From Verrucomicrobiota bacterium (lineage in GTDB: Bacteria; Verrucomicrobiota; Verrucomicrobiia; Limisphaerales; AAA164-E04), in assembly GCA_047947115.1 (NCBI GenBank), contig CP170459.1, positions 5,120,001-5,184,000 on the forward strand: a stretch of 64,000 nucleotides of DNA. Direction: 5' to 3'. This document shows positions 39,088 through 49,271 of this stretch, in pieces. How positions within the stretch are numbered: position 1 is the stretch's first letter; each line of letters starts with the position of its first letter. The notes beneath the pieces are model-generated. The model worked only from the letters and a program-made list of their open reading frames with translations. It was not told the origin of the DNA and did no database searches. The position numbers were made by a program, and so were the translations under genes.

Positions 39088-40254
39088 CTATTCGTGTTCG
39101 AACAGCACACAAATGGCGGATGGAGCATGGATCACACTTTGGTTGTAAGTCAGCTCACCTGTTTCCGAATCAATGGCAAACGAGGCCAATGTATGTGAAT
39201 CCTGTCCCGCAGCCAACAACCAGCGACCGGACGGATCGATATTAAAATTCCGTGGCGTGGCTCCTCGAACATGTTCACGCTCGATGACCTGCAGACCTCC
39301 GTTTTCCGGATCCACCCGATATGCCGTGATGGTATCGTGCCCCCGATTGGCCGAGTAAACAAAGCGACCACTTGGATGTACCCGAATCTCGGACGCGCTT
39401 TTGAACTGCTCTTTGGCGAGTTGTTCTTTGGGCACACTCGGAATGGTTTGAACAGATTCCATCGATCCATGCTCAGCATCATAGCTGTATGTCGTCACAC
39501 TCAGGTCCAGCTCATTGAGCACATAAACCCAGCGACCGTTTGGATGAAATTTCATGTGCCGCGGCCCCCCACCTGCGGGGACCTCGGCGTGACCATGGGA
39601 ACGAATGGATTGGTTTCCAGCGTTCACCGCGTAGATCATCACACGGTCCAATCCCAAATCAGGCACGAAGGCAAATCGTTGATCCGGCGAAAACCCGGTC
39701 CAATGAGGATGCGGACGATTCTGTCTAGCCGCGACCACACCGGAACCACCATTGTGTTCCAGAATTTGCAGACGCCTCCCAAGAGAACCGTCCGTTTCGA
39801 GGGAGAACGAAGCGACGGAACCACCGCCGTATTGGGCGGTCAATAGCAGGTTACCTTCCTGATTCACCGACACATGGGTGGCTCCTCCATCACCAATCTC
39901 CAGGGCATTCACAAACTTCAATCTGTTGTTACCCTCACGCCGTTCAATGTCATAACAGGCAACTACCGGTTTCTGATCCAGTGCCCCCACGGCATAGAGA
40001 TGACTCCCATCGGGGTGCATGGCAAGAAAACCGGGACCACGGATTTCAGCTGCCAATTCCGCACGGGACAGCTTACCCGATTCCTGGTCAAGCTGAGTGA
40101 TATAAATGCCTTCACTGGGCCAGGCGCTCCCCGTGCCGATCCATACATCCACCTGACCGCTCATAAGGTTCCATTGGTAAGCCGCGGTTAACAAAAGCAC
40201 GAAAAACGCAAACGTCCGAACGCTTCGTGTCCACCTTTCATTTGGGAAAATCAT
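39088..40254 (-). CDS. Lactonase family beta-propeller (6-phosphogluconolactonase Pgl/YkgB-like)
   Basis: AQYGGG, RQ..PHPH, VPDLGLD, GPRH, ANRGHD and PRNF motifs. Confidence 0.9.
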   Translation of the reverse strand: MIFPNERWTRSVRTFAFFVLLLTAAYQWNLMSGQVDVWIGTGSAWPSEGIYITQLDQESGKLSRAELAAEIRGPGFLAMHPDGSHLYAVGALDQKPVVACYDIERREGNNRLKFVNALEIGDGGATHVSVNQEGNLLLTAQYGGGSVASFSLETDGSLGRRLQILEHNGGSGVVAARQNRPHPHWTGFSPDQRFAFVPDLGLDRVMIYAVNAGNQSIRSHGHAEVPAGGGPRHMKFHPNGRWVYVLNELDLSVTTYSYDAEHGSMESVQTIPSVPKEQLAKEQFKSASEIRVHPSGRFVYSANRGHDTITAYRVDPENGGLQVIEREHVRGATPRNFNIDPSGRWLLAAGQDSHTLASFAIDSETGELTYNQSVIHAPSAICVLFEHE

Positions 40255-40678
40255 GTGACGAACCTACCGGCCTGTTGAGCAAAACACGAGATTGAAACCT
40301 GACCACGCATTTTTTGACCAAATGTCCTTTTTGATGTATGGTAGCCCTTAATGAAGATAAGAAACGCCTGCCCTCAGCCAGGATTGCATCAGGCAAACCG
40401 TTGATCTGCAACCTTCCAGATGTTTTTATCCATGTCGTTATCAACCATCTGCAACCCCCTCAGCCACCCACTCCACAGGCCATCCACGCCTTCCTATGGA
40501 TGATTTTGGCACATGCCATGCTTTATGAAACACATGTGGTTAAAACCGGCTCAAGACGCCCCGAACAAGCCCACCTAACGCGTTTCATGGGGAAAAAGAA
40601 CCACCATCCGCAAGTTTTTGCGAGGTCAACTAAGCCGCAGGTTTAAAAACGCCGATGAGTTAATTGCCAAGAAATAAC

Positions 40679-40870
40679 ATGAAAGAATCAAAGACGAAAA
40701 AATCAAACCAACACGCCGATTATGTTCATTCCATGGAAAAATCCATGGTGGACGAAGGCACCCGCAAAGCGTGGGAATATTATGACCGCCATCAGGTCAC
40801 CAAAACCAACTCCAGCATTCGAGCCGAACAACACCGGCGCAAACTGGGCTTAATGACCGGACACTTGTAA
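40679..40870 (+). CDS. Small hypothetical protein
   Basis: 63 aa ORF occupying an otherwise empty gap; no motif. Confidence 0.4.
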   Translation: MKESKTKKSNQHADYVHSMEKSMVDEGTRKAWEYYDRHQVTKTNSSIRAEQHRRKLGLMTGHL

Positions 40871-40893
40871 ACCGGTTTCTTCCTCTTCCGGCA

Positions 40894-41637
40894 TCAATCG
40901 AGATTCAAGGAGCGCATAACGATGTTTCGGTAAGCGACCGGACCGTGGTCCCCTTGCAACATCAGCGGCCCCAGGGCATTTTCATCATGGTACGTGGAAG
41001 AGCGTGTCGGCCCTGAAACCTCAACGTTCTCATGAATGATCACCCCATTGTGGACCACTTTGATGAATCTTGCATTTTCCGTCTTTTCGCCTTCTTCATT
41101 GAAACGTGGCGCGCGGAAAATGATATCAAATGACTGCCATTCGCCTGGAGGCAGGGATGCGTTCATCTTCGGCGCGTGCCCTTCAAAACCGGCATTGTCC
41201 GCCCAGCGTTGATAGATCCCTCCACAATCGGAATGCTTCACATCAATATTCCCCCAACTATCCAACACCTGAACCTCATAGCGAGCCTGCAGATAAACCC
41301 CTGAATTCGACCCTTTCGGCACGACAAACTCGACATGAAGCGAAACGTCTCCGTGTTCTTTGTGGGAGATTAGATTCACCGTATGACCACTTGGTTCGTT
41401 CAGGAAAACCCCCTGCCCCGACTCCATCTCAAACGCTTTATCATTCCCGTCCTTCAACCTAACGCCACCGATTTCCTGCCAGCGCCCCTGGGGTAGACGC
41501 CATTGGTGAATGCTTTCGGTTAGACTCAAATAAGTGACTGGTTGAGCAGCCTGACGAGGTGTCGTTTGGCAACCGGTTGTGATAAACATGATGGCCAAAG
41601 AACCGGCCAGGCAAAAGGCTTTTTGATAACTTCTCAT
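40894..41637 (-). CDS. DUF1080 domain lipoprotein
   Basis: Lipobox-like ITTGC; NSGVYLQ, YEVQVLDS, GEWQSFDIIFRAPRF and LQGDHG motifs. Confidence 0.9.
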   Translation of the reverse strand: MRSYQKAFCLAGSLAIMFITTGCQTTPRQAAQPVTYLSLTESIHQWRLPQGRWQEIGGVRLKDGNDKAFEMESGQGVFLNEPSGHTVNLISHKEHGDVSLHVEFVVPKGSNSGVYLQARYEVQVLDSWGNIDVKHSDCGGIYQRWADNAGFEGHAPKMNASLPPGEWQSFDIIFRAPRFNEEGEKTENARFIKVVHNGVIIHENVEVSGPTRSSTYHDENALGPLMLQGDHGPVAYRNIVMRSLNLD

Positions 41638-41682
41638 ATCTGTTTGCTTCGGGTGGTTTTGCTCGGCTGACCGGGGGCACGT

Positions 41683-43335
41683 TTAAAAGACTTTGGAACA
41701 AGGCATGGCGTTTCCGAACACTTCAAAATTACGGAAACTCCACACCACCTGTTTGTCTTTGTTCACTTCAATGATCTGGGGGTTTCCGGGACCTGCATGG
41801 CAATTGCCGACCATGTAGTTGCCATTGGGCAACTCCTCAACGGTTGTCACCCATACCAGTTTGATGCCCGGCAAATCGTTTTCCTCGATGGACCAGACGA
41901 CTGTCCCTTCTTTATCCACCTCGAGCACATTGTGGCCGCTGCCGTTCCCGATCAGCGTATTTCCATTCTTGAGTCGCGTCGCACCGTAAACTTCACCCCC
42001 CGTGACAAATTCCCAGACCACTTTTCCGGTCATGTCATATTCGCGCACTGTATGATCGGCTTCATGACAAACCAGGTAGTTTCCGTTGTTCAACTTCCGA
42101 GCCATGCGTGTGTCGCGATGAGGATTACGGTTATCAACTTTCAGAGAGATCTCACGGTGAACAATCCCATTGTGATCCACTTCGATGATACGGGCTGGCC
42201 CGCTCTCTGCGATCATGGTCAACCCGTTGGCCAGACGCTGAAAGGCATGTACCTCGACACGTTGTCCTGTGTTGCCGTTCATCGCCGCGGCGTCATAACT
42301 CCAGACCACTTCCTGTTCGGAGTTCATTTCAACCAGTTTGGTCCAGCTGGTCTGAAAAAGAATGTTTCCGTTCGGCAGCACGCTCAGATCATGGATATCT
42401 CGGACACGGTGTTCCCATTCGATATTCCCGGATTCATCGACGAGAGCGATGCGCTTTTTCGAATAATCCCCGGCAAGAATCTTTCGTCCTTTCAACGCCG
42501 TTTGCTTGGCCGGACCATACCCAGCCGTGGGAGATCCGTCTGCATCCAACTCACCCACAGCCCAGAGCAGGCCTCGTGAAACCATGTCGAGATAAACAGG
42601 CGATTGCATGGTTTCGTTGTGGTGACCAAGCGTCGTGGTGAACACACGCGCATTTCCCAAATGATTCAACCAGACACAGACGTGATCTTTTTGGGTGTCC
42701 TTCCCAAAAGCCTTGGCCAACGGAATGGCATCGGGCCACATTTTTTCAATCTTGTACAACTCGCCATTTGGAGTATGCCACACAGGAGGAAAAGTTTTCA
42801 TGATCGGATGATTGGGGCGAAGATTTTCCACATCCAAGGGGCGATGTCCTTCATGACTCATGGATCGGGCTCCCATCAAGGACCGCCAAGCATCGGTTTT
42901 GGCTGCCCGATAACTATGAAGCGAACAATGAATGAAGACAGCAGGAATTCCTTTCTCGGTATGAGTCTTTACGAGGGACTCCAACCAATCGACATCGGTC
43001 ACTCCACCAAAGCATTCATTATGCACCACCACATCATAACCATCCGCCCAGTGCGGATCATCATACACTGGAATCTGGACATCTCGAGCAGTCCCGCCTT
43101 GATTCACCAACGTCCAATCAACGCGGGCCCTCGAAGAAATCCCCTCGGAGAGAATCAGGTTCTGATTGGGATAGTCATGACAACACCCGCCGGAAATCAT
43201 CAGGGCACGAATCGGTTTCACAGATTCCCCCAACACGGAGTCCAATTGAACAACCGCGAACAACACAAGCAGGGTCATAGATACCAACCGAAGGCGGGCA
43301 CTTAATGTGGAATGGAATGCATTCATCATATTCAT
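41683..43335 (-). CDS. ThuA-like domain fused to a PQQ-type beta-propeller
   Basis: GGCCHDY, VHNEC, GELY and TLGHHNET, then repeated L.NGN.L / G.VVW units; start uncertain. Confidence 0.82.
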   Translation of the reverse strand: MNMMNAFHSTLSARLRLVSMTLLVLFAVVQLDSVLGESVKPIRALMISGGCCHDYPNQNLILSEGISSRARVDWTLVNQGGTARDVQIPVYDDPHWADGYDVVVHNECFGGVTDVDWLESLVKTHTEKGIPAVFIHCSLHSYRAAKTDAWRSLMGARSMSHEGHRPLDVENLRPNHPIMKTFPPVWHTPNGELYKIEKMWPDAIPLAKAFGKDTQKDHVCVWLNHLGNARVFTTTLGHHNETMQSPVYLDMVSRGLLWAVGELDADGSPTAGYGPAKQTALKGRKILAGDYSKKRIALVDESGNIEWEHRVRDIHDLSVLPNGNILFQTSWTKLVEMNSEQEVVWSYDAAAMNGNTGQRVEVHAFQRLANGLTMIAESGPARIIEVDHNGIVHREISLKVDNRNPHRDTRMARKLNNGNYLVCHEADHTVREYDMTGKVVWEFVTGGEVYGATRLKNGNTLIGNGSGHNVLEVDKEGTVVWSIEENDLPGIKLVWVTTVEELPNGNYMVGNCHAGPGNPQIIEVNKDKQVVWSFRNFEVFGNAMPCSKVF

Positions 43336-43523
43336 TTTAAAACTGGGTAAGAGAAAACTAAAGAAATCCACACAATTGGAAACAATTTTTTTACAGCAGA
43401 GCACGGTGTCCCGATGCAAACCCTGCGAGATAATCATTCAAATTTGCCATCCAAAGGAATACCAAAGGACTTTGGACACCTCATATCCGCACCGAAACCA
43501 AAGGTTCCACATGAGATGGACAT

Positions 43524-43562
43524 AAAAAAAGCGATCCCCTCACCAAAAAAGGGATCGCTTTT
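43524..43562 (-). terminator. Intrinsic (possibly bidirectional) terminator after gltB
   Basis: A7-GCGATCCC-N12-GGGATCGC-T4. Confidence 0.8.
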
Positions 43563-43581
43563 GTAAAAGATAATACCGTGT

Positions 43582-46500
43582 TTAGAAGCTGCCAGACGGA
43601 GCCGGTTCGGGCTTGTCAGGATTCAGCTCATGCACCGGTTTGGAAGCAGGCTTGGCTTCTGGAGGATGTGGCACCACTTTCCAGAAATTGGCCACTTCGG
43701 CCTCCCAGTGCTGCAACAAAGCTGCCGCTTTGGGAGATGTTGTGCGATCCAGATGATCCTGAACGAGTTGTTTGAGCATCTCAATCTCCTCCGAATCGGA
43801 CAACCGCTCAATATCCACCATGGACTGGTTATAGCGGTTTGGAAACTTGCCGTTTTCGTCATAGACATATGCCATTCCGCCACTCATACCGGCGGCAAAA
43901 TTACGCCCGGTCTCCCCAAGCACCACAGCCACACCACCGGTCATGTATTCGCAACCATGATCGCCGACCCCTTCAACAACGGATATGGAACCGGAATTAC
44001 GAACGCCAAAACGCTCTCCAGCTGAACCGGCTGCAAACAGGCGTCCACCGGTCGCACCATACAGACAGGTGTTTCCGATAATCACATTCTTCGACCAGTC
44101 GAAACTGACACCGTCCTGAGGGCGCACAATGATCTCGCCACCGTTCATGCCTTTGCCTACATAGTCATTGGCTTCTCCCAACAGACGCAGGACAATCCCT
44201 TTCGCCAGAAACGTTCCGAAACTCTGCCCGGCACTTCCGGTCAAGGTCAAATCAACGGAGCCATCCGGCAAACCACTGTCTCCGTATGTGTAACCGATAA
44301 TCCCTGAGACACGAGTCCCGATGTTACGACAGATGTTGTTGATCTTGTAATTCAACTTGACGCTGCCTTTGCCCTGGAGGGCGTGTTTGGCATCATTCAC
44401 AATCCGGTCATCCAAAGAGCTGTCACCGAACCGTTCGTTGCGTTCGCGTGTGTGAATACGAGACACGGAACCGGAATCATCCGCCTGCCAGAGCAGGCGA
44501 TCCAGATTCAATGCCGCAACCTTGGAGCGGATTGATTCATCAAACTGCTCTGCTGAACGGACTTCCAGCAGATCGGTCCGACCAACCAAGTCATTGAACT
44601 TGCGAATCCCCAAAGAGGCCATGAGTTCACGTACTTCTTCAGCCACGGCATCGAAGAAGGCCACGACATTTTCGGGCTTGCCCCGGAATTTGAGACGCAG
44701 ATCATCTCGTTGCGTAGCCACTCCAACAGGACAGGTATTGAGATGACAAACACGGAACATGGCGCATCCTGCAGCGATCAGGGCGGCCGTTCCAAAGTTG
44801 AACTCCTCGGCACCGAGCAATCCACCCATGATGATGTCCAACCCTGTTTTCATACAACCATCCGTTCTGAGCACGACTCGTGATCGGAGGTCATTCAACA
44901 TCAAGGTTTGCTGAGCCTCTGCAATTCCGAGTTCAAAAGGCACCCCGGCGTTCTTGATGGAACTTTGCGGAGAAGCACCCGTGCCGCCATCGTTGCCGCT
45001 GATCAGAATCACATCGGCAAACGCCTTGGCCACGCCGGCAGCAACCGTACCCACTCCGGCACAAGCCACAAGTTTCACGCAGACTTTGGCGCGCGGATTG
45101 ACCTGTTTAAGGTCATAGATCAACTGTGCCAGATCCTCAATTGAGTAAATATCATGGTGCGGCGGAGGCGAGATCAACGGCACACCGGGTGTGCTGTGAC
45201 GCAACTTGGCAATCAAAGGGGTCACCTTGTGACCAGGCAACTGACCACCTTCACCTGGTTTGGCACCCTGAGCCACTTTAATTTCAATTTCCTGCGCACT
45301 GGCGAGATACTCCGGGGTGACGCCAAAACGACCGGAGGCTACCTGCTTGATCGCGGAACAGGCATTGTCGCCGTTTTCCCGCGGCGTAAATCGTTCCGCA
45401 TCTTCACCACCTTCCCCTGAGTTGGATTTCCCTCCAATGCGGTTCATCGCTATCGCGAGGCATTCATGAGCTTCAGGAGACAAAGCTCCCATACTCATGG
45501 CAGCGGTTGTGAAACGCTGACGAATGTTTTCGATCGGTTCGACCTGTTCCAGCGGTATGGGCTGAAGTCCGGATTTGAACTGGAATAGATCGCGAAGATG
45601 GATGGGATCCCGTTTTTCGGCGGTTTCCAGGTAATTCATGAAGGATTCACGATCCTGATTGCGCAGGAACTTGTGCATGGTCTGCACCACCTTCTTGTTG
45701 TAGGCATGTAATTCACCGCGATCTCCAGGCAGCACCTTGTAATTTCCCCCTTCATCCAGTGTGGCCTCATCGGGGTTGACATAGCCTTGCTGGTGACGGC
45801 GATTGGAATCGGTGGCAATATGATCGAAATGGATACCGCCGATCTGCGAGGTGGTACCAAAGAAACACTCTTCGATAACCTGATCCGACAAACCGACCGC
45901 TTCAAACACCTGTCCGCCACGGTAGCTGCTCATGGTTGAAATGCCCATCTTTGCCATGATTTTGAGCATGCCATTTTCGATGGCCGTGCGGTAGTTGGCG
46001 ATGGCTTCGTCAATCGAAACATCATCCAGCTTGCCGTCCTCGGCCCATTGACGAATCAGATCAATGGCAACATAAGGATTCACCGCCGAAGCACCGCATC
46101 CAACCAAACAGGCAAAGTGATGCACATCACGTGCTTCACCTGTCTCACAGACGATCGAAGTTTTCAACCGCTTGCCTTCGCGGATCAGATGATGATGCAC
46201 CGCGCCCACAACAAGCAGCATCGGAATCGGAACATTGTCCGCATCCGTTCCGCGATCACTTAGAATAATCACACTGCAACCCTGATCAACCGCATCGGAG
46301 GCCTTCTGGCAAACCCCTCTAAGACTGGTCAGCAAGGAATCTCCGTCACCTCCGGCTGGAAAGTGGCAGGGAAAGGTCTGGGCGTTGACATGAGGGTGGT
46401 CCATGTTTGCCAGAGCCGCCAGTTCGTATTCCAACAAAAACGGCGAATCAAGGCGAACCAAGCTTGCATGCTGAGGCGATTCTTCCAACCAGGACCGACG

Positions 46501-48138
46501 ATGCCCCATACAGGTGGACAGGGACATGACAATCTTTTCACGAATACTGTCGATGGCCGGGTTGGTGACCTGGGCGAACAATTGCTTGAAATAGGAGTAG
46601 AGCAGTCGTGGTTTTTTACTCAGGACCGACAACGGAGTATCATCTCCCATGGCCCCAATGGCTTCGGCGCCATTGGTGATCATGGGACGGAAAATAACGT
46701 CCAATTCCTCCTCATCCCAGCCAAACGCAATTTTCTGCAGCTTGAGATCAAGGATATTGATCGGTTTCTCTGATGCTTGGATGGGTTTGGCGTGATCACG
46801 GAGATACACCATGTTTTCCTCGCACCATGTGCCATAAGGTTGCTGGGCGGCGACGGACTTTTTGACTTCGTCGTTGTCCATCAGACGGCCTTCGACCGTA
46901 TCGATGGCCATGATCTTGCCGGGGCCAAGGCGTCCTTTGCTATGAATTTCCTTGTCATCCAGCTCCACCATGCCGGCTTCACTACCAAAAACAATCAAAC
47001 CATCCTTATAAAGCTTGTAACGTGCCGGGCGAAGTCCATTACGGTCCAGAGTCGCGCCAACGTACCGACCATCGGTGAACACAACAGCAGCCGGGCCATC
47101 CCATGGCTCGTTAAGACAGGCGTGGTAACGATAGAAATCACGGACATCCGGATCCATGTCCTCCATCTTTTCCCAAGCCTCCGGCGCCAACATCAACACA
47201 CTGTGGAGGATATTGCGTCCGGAAAGACGCAGGATTTCAAGAGCATTGTCCAAAGCGGCGGAATCGGAACTTTCCGGCTGGATGATCTGGCGGAGATGTT
47301 CAATATTGTCGCCCCAGATAGGAGATGTGATTTCCTGTTCACGCGCACGCGTCCAGTTTTTATTCCCCAAAAGCGTATTGATTTCGCCATTGTGGGCCAT
47401 GGTTCGGTAAGGATGCGCCAAACGCCAGGTCGGGAACGTGTTGGTGCTATATCGTTGATGAAACACAGCAAGCGATGTTTCAAACAATGGACTTTGCAGG
47501 TCACGGAAAAACTGAGCCAATTGAGGCGCGTTGAAAAGTCCTTTATAAACAATCGTCTGAGAGGAATAGGACGCCACATAAAAATCCTCAATCCCCTCAT
47601 CACGGGTGCGTTGCCCCGCCACCTTTCTGGCGAGAAACAAATGACGTTCGAATGTGTCGTTATCCCAACCTTCGCCCCGTGCCACCAAAATCTGCTTCAT
47701 GGAAGGCAGAGTGGCGATCGCTTTTTCTCCAAGACATTTGGAGCAAGTGGGCACATCACGCCAGCCAAGGACTTTCATTCCGAACTCCTCGGTCGCCTTT
47801 TCCAGAATCTCCTGGCCCAGTGCGGCAAGCTTCTTGCGTTTTGCCGGCAGAAAAACAAAACCAACGCCGATTTCTTCCTCAACCGACTCCTGATTGCTGA
47901 TGCGTGCGGCTTCCGCCTGGAAAAAAGGTTGTGGCAGTTGAATCAACACACCGGCGCCGTCACCGGTCTTGGCATCAGCATCGAGAGCACCCCGATGCGC
48001 CAAGTTACAAAGCGCCTCCAGAGCATAATCCAGAATGCGACGCTCTTTCTTACCATTGGTGTTGGCGACAAATCCAACACCGCAGGCGTCGTGTTCAAAT
48101 TTCGAGTTGTAGAGAGAATTCTTAACTTTTGGAAACAT
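43582..48138 (-). CDS. gltB: Glutamate synthase large subunit
   Basis: EHDACGVGF, HQRYSTNT, HNGEINT, EPWDGPA, QGAKPGEGGQL and C.MFRVCHLNTCPVG motifs; about 1518 aa. Confidence 0.97.
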   Translation of the reverse strand: MFPKVKNSLYNSKFEHDACGVGFVANTNGKKERRILDYALEALCNLAHRGALDADAKTGDGAGVLIQLPQPFFQAEAARISNQESVEEEIGVGFVFLPAKRKKLAALGQEILEKATEEFGMKVLGWRDVPTCSKCLGEKAIATLPSMKQILVARGEGWDNDTFERHLFLARKVAGQRTRDEGIEDFYVASYSSQTIVYKGLFNAPQLAQFFRDLQSPLFETSLAVFHQRYSTNTFPTWRLAHPYRTMAHNGEINTLLGNKNWTRAREQEITSPIWGDNIEHLRQIIQPESSDSAALDNALEILRLSGRNILHSVLMLAPEAWEKMEDMDPDVRDFYRYHACLNEPWDGPAAVVFTDGRYVGATLDRNGLRPARYKLYKDGLIVFGSEAGMVELDDKEIHSKGRLGPGKIMAIDTVEGRLMDNDEVKKSVAAQQPYGTWCEENMVYLRDHAKPIQASEKPINILDLKLQKIAFGWDEEELDVIFRPMITNGAEAIGAMGDDTPLSVLSKKPRLLYSYFKQLFAQVTNPAIDSIREKIVMSLSTCMGHRRSWLEESPQHASLVRLDSPFLLEYELAALANMDHPHVNAQTFPCHFPAGGDGDSLLTSLRGVCQKASDAVDQGCSVIILSDRGTDADNVPIPMLLVVGAVHHHLIREGKRLKTSIVCETGEARDVHHFACLVGCGASAVNPYVAIDLIRQWAEDGKLDDVSIDEAIANYRTAIENGMLKIMAKMGISTMSSYRGGQVFEAVGLSDQVIEECFFGTTSQIGGIHFDHIATDSNRRHQQGYVNPDEATLDEGGNYKVLPGDRGELHAYNKKVVQTMHKFLRNQDRESFMNYLETAEKRDPIHLRDLFQFKSGLQPIPLEQVEPIENIRQRFTTAAMSMGALSPEAHECLAIAMNRIGGKSNSGEGGEDAERFTPRENGDNACSAIKQVASGRFGVTPEYLASAQEIEIKVAQGAKPGEGGQLPGHKVTPLIAKLRHSTPGVPLISPPPHHDIYSIEDLAQLIYDLKQVNPRAKVCVKLVACAGVGTVAAGVAKAFADVILISGNDGGTGASPQSSIKNAGVPFELGIAEAQQTLMLNDLRSRVVLRTDGCMKTGLDIIMGGLLGAEEFNFGTAALIAAGCAMFRVCHLNTCPVGVATQRDDLRLKFRGKPENVVAFFDAVAEEVRELMASLGIRKFNDLVGRTDLLEVRSAEQFDESIRSKVAALNLDRLLWQADDSGSVSRIHTRERNERFGDSSLDDRIVNDAKHALQGKGSVKLNYKINNICRNIGTRVSGIIGYTYGDSGLPDGSVDLTLTGSAGQSFGTFLAKGIVLRLLGEANDYVGKGMNGGEIIVRPQDGVSFDWSKNVIIGNTCLYGATGGRLFAAGSAGERFGVRNSGSISVVEGVGDHGCEYMTGGVAVVLGETGRNFAAGMSGGMAYVYDENGKFPNRYNQSMVDIERLSDSEEIEMLKQLVQDHLDRTTSPKAAALLQHWEAEVANFWKVVPHPPEAKPASKPVHELNPDKPEPAPSGSF

Positions 48139-48359
48139 AGGCAAATCTCAGTCTCTTTACCAAGGCCCGTGGACCTTACTTTCTTGCCAGAGTGGACGCA
48201 ATGGCTTTTTTGCTCCCTGAATTGGCGGATGCCGAACGGCCGGGAAGGAAACCAGACATTCGCCCTCAAGTCAAGCCCTGCTAACATGCTCCCCAAAAGA
48301 CGGCCGGCCCTATACATTGGATCGACACCATACGCTCATTCAGCGCGAGACAACCCCCA

Positions 48360-49262
48360 TCAGGAGACAAGTCCCCGCGTCTGATGGGCATGACGGTCCA
48401 ATCGGATCTGAACTTTTGTCAACAGCCAGGAGGATAGAACCACACCCGCGACCGTGAAGATCAAAATCGACCATCCCGCTGCATCATGGCTCAATTCTAT
48501 CGCTTCAACCCCATGCATATGCGCCTGGTAACTGAGAAAAAAAACACGCACCAAGTTTCCCAAAATCGCCAGCATCACCCCCATCACGAAGAGCAGGCCT
48601 CTTAATAATAAACTTCGAAGGCTGATAAAACCTATAAACAAAGTGGCCATAACAGAACTTTGCAAACTGCGAATTCCGCTGCAGGCGTCATCCACCCCGA
48701 CCGGTCCTGTGCTTAAATGGATGACGCTTCCGGCAAGATTGGCAGGGATGCCGAAGAGAGTCAGCAACTCGACAGTAAACGCTGCCACCTGATGCTGAAG
48801 GCCATTGACCAAAATCCCCTGAACAACAGAGGGCATTGGAAGCGAGATAAGAATAAAAGCGTAAGCGAACAGAAAACAAGCCACGCCCTTCCAGCCAAAA
48901 ACGACATGCAGATTGGCAAACACCATTAGCATGGCGGCCAGGGCAAGCCCCACCATGGAAGCCGGTTTGAGCCCAAAAGCGGCCTGGTAGATCTGAAAAA
49001 TAAAAAAGAGTCCCACACTGAGCAGTCCCGCAGAAGCTGAAACCCAGGAAGGCCTGAGTTGAATAGCAGGTTTGCGCTGCCAGGATTCCCAAAAAATAAA
49101 GCCACACAACAAAGCCACCACCCAACCGAATTCCAAGTCGGATTGATGACTCCAAAACCACGAAGCCTTGGTCCCCAACCACCCCAAAGCAATAAAGCTG
49201 GGAAGCAAATGCAACAGTATCGTTTTGTCGGATATAGAATATTGCTGTTCCATATGAGCCAT
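48360..49262 (-). CDS. Exosortase (EpsH/XrtA-family transpeptidase)
   Basis: Multi-TM protein; VDDACSG.RS, N.VR and H..AGW catalytic Cys/Arg/His motifs. Confidence 0.88.
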   Translation of the reverse strand: MAHMEQQYSISDKTILLHLLPSFIALGWLGTKASWFWSHQSDLEFGWVVALLCGFIFWESWQRKPAIQLRPSWVSASAGLLSVGLFFIFQIYQAAFGLKPASMVGLALAAMLMVFANLHVVFGWKGVACFLFAYAFILISLPMPSVVQGILVNGLQHQVAAFTVELLTLFGIPANLAGSVIHLSTGPVGVDDACSGIRSLQSSVMATLFIGFISLRSLLLRGLLFVMGVMLAILGNLVRVFFLSYQAHMHGVEAIELSHDAAGWSILIFTVAGVVLSSWLLTKVQIRLDRHAHQTRGLVS

Positions 49263-49271
49263 GGGAAAGGT

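Noticed and set aside
40338..40646. 102-aa ORF in the gap upstream of the lactonase gene
   Set aside because: No motif or protein-like features; more likely promoter DNA
48139..48359. Riboswitch or leader RNA upstream of gltB
   Set aside because: No recognisable aptamer consensus by eye; an Rfam/Infernal search would be needed
46777..48384. 535-aa plus-strand ORF
   Set aside because: Antisense shadow of gltB with no motifs
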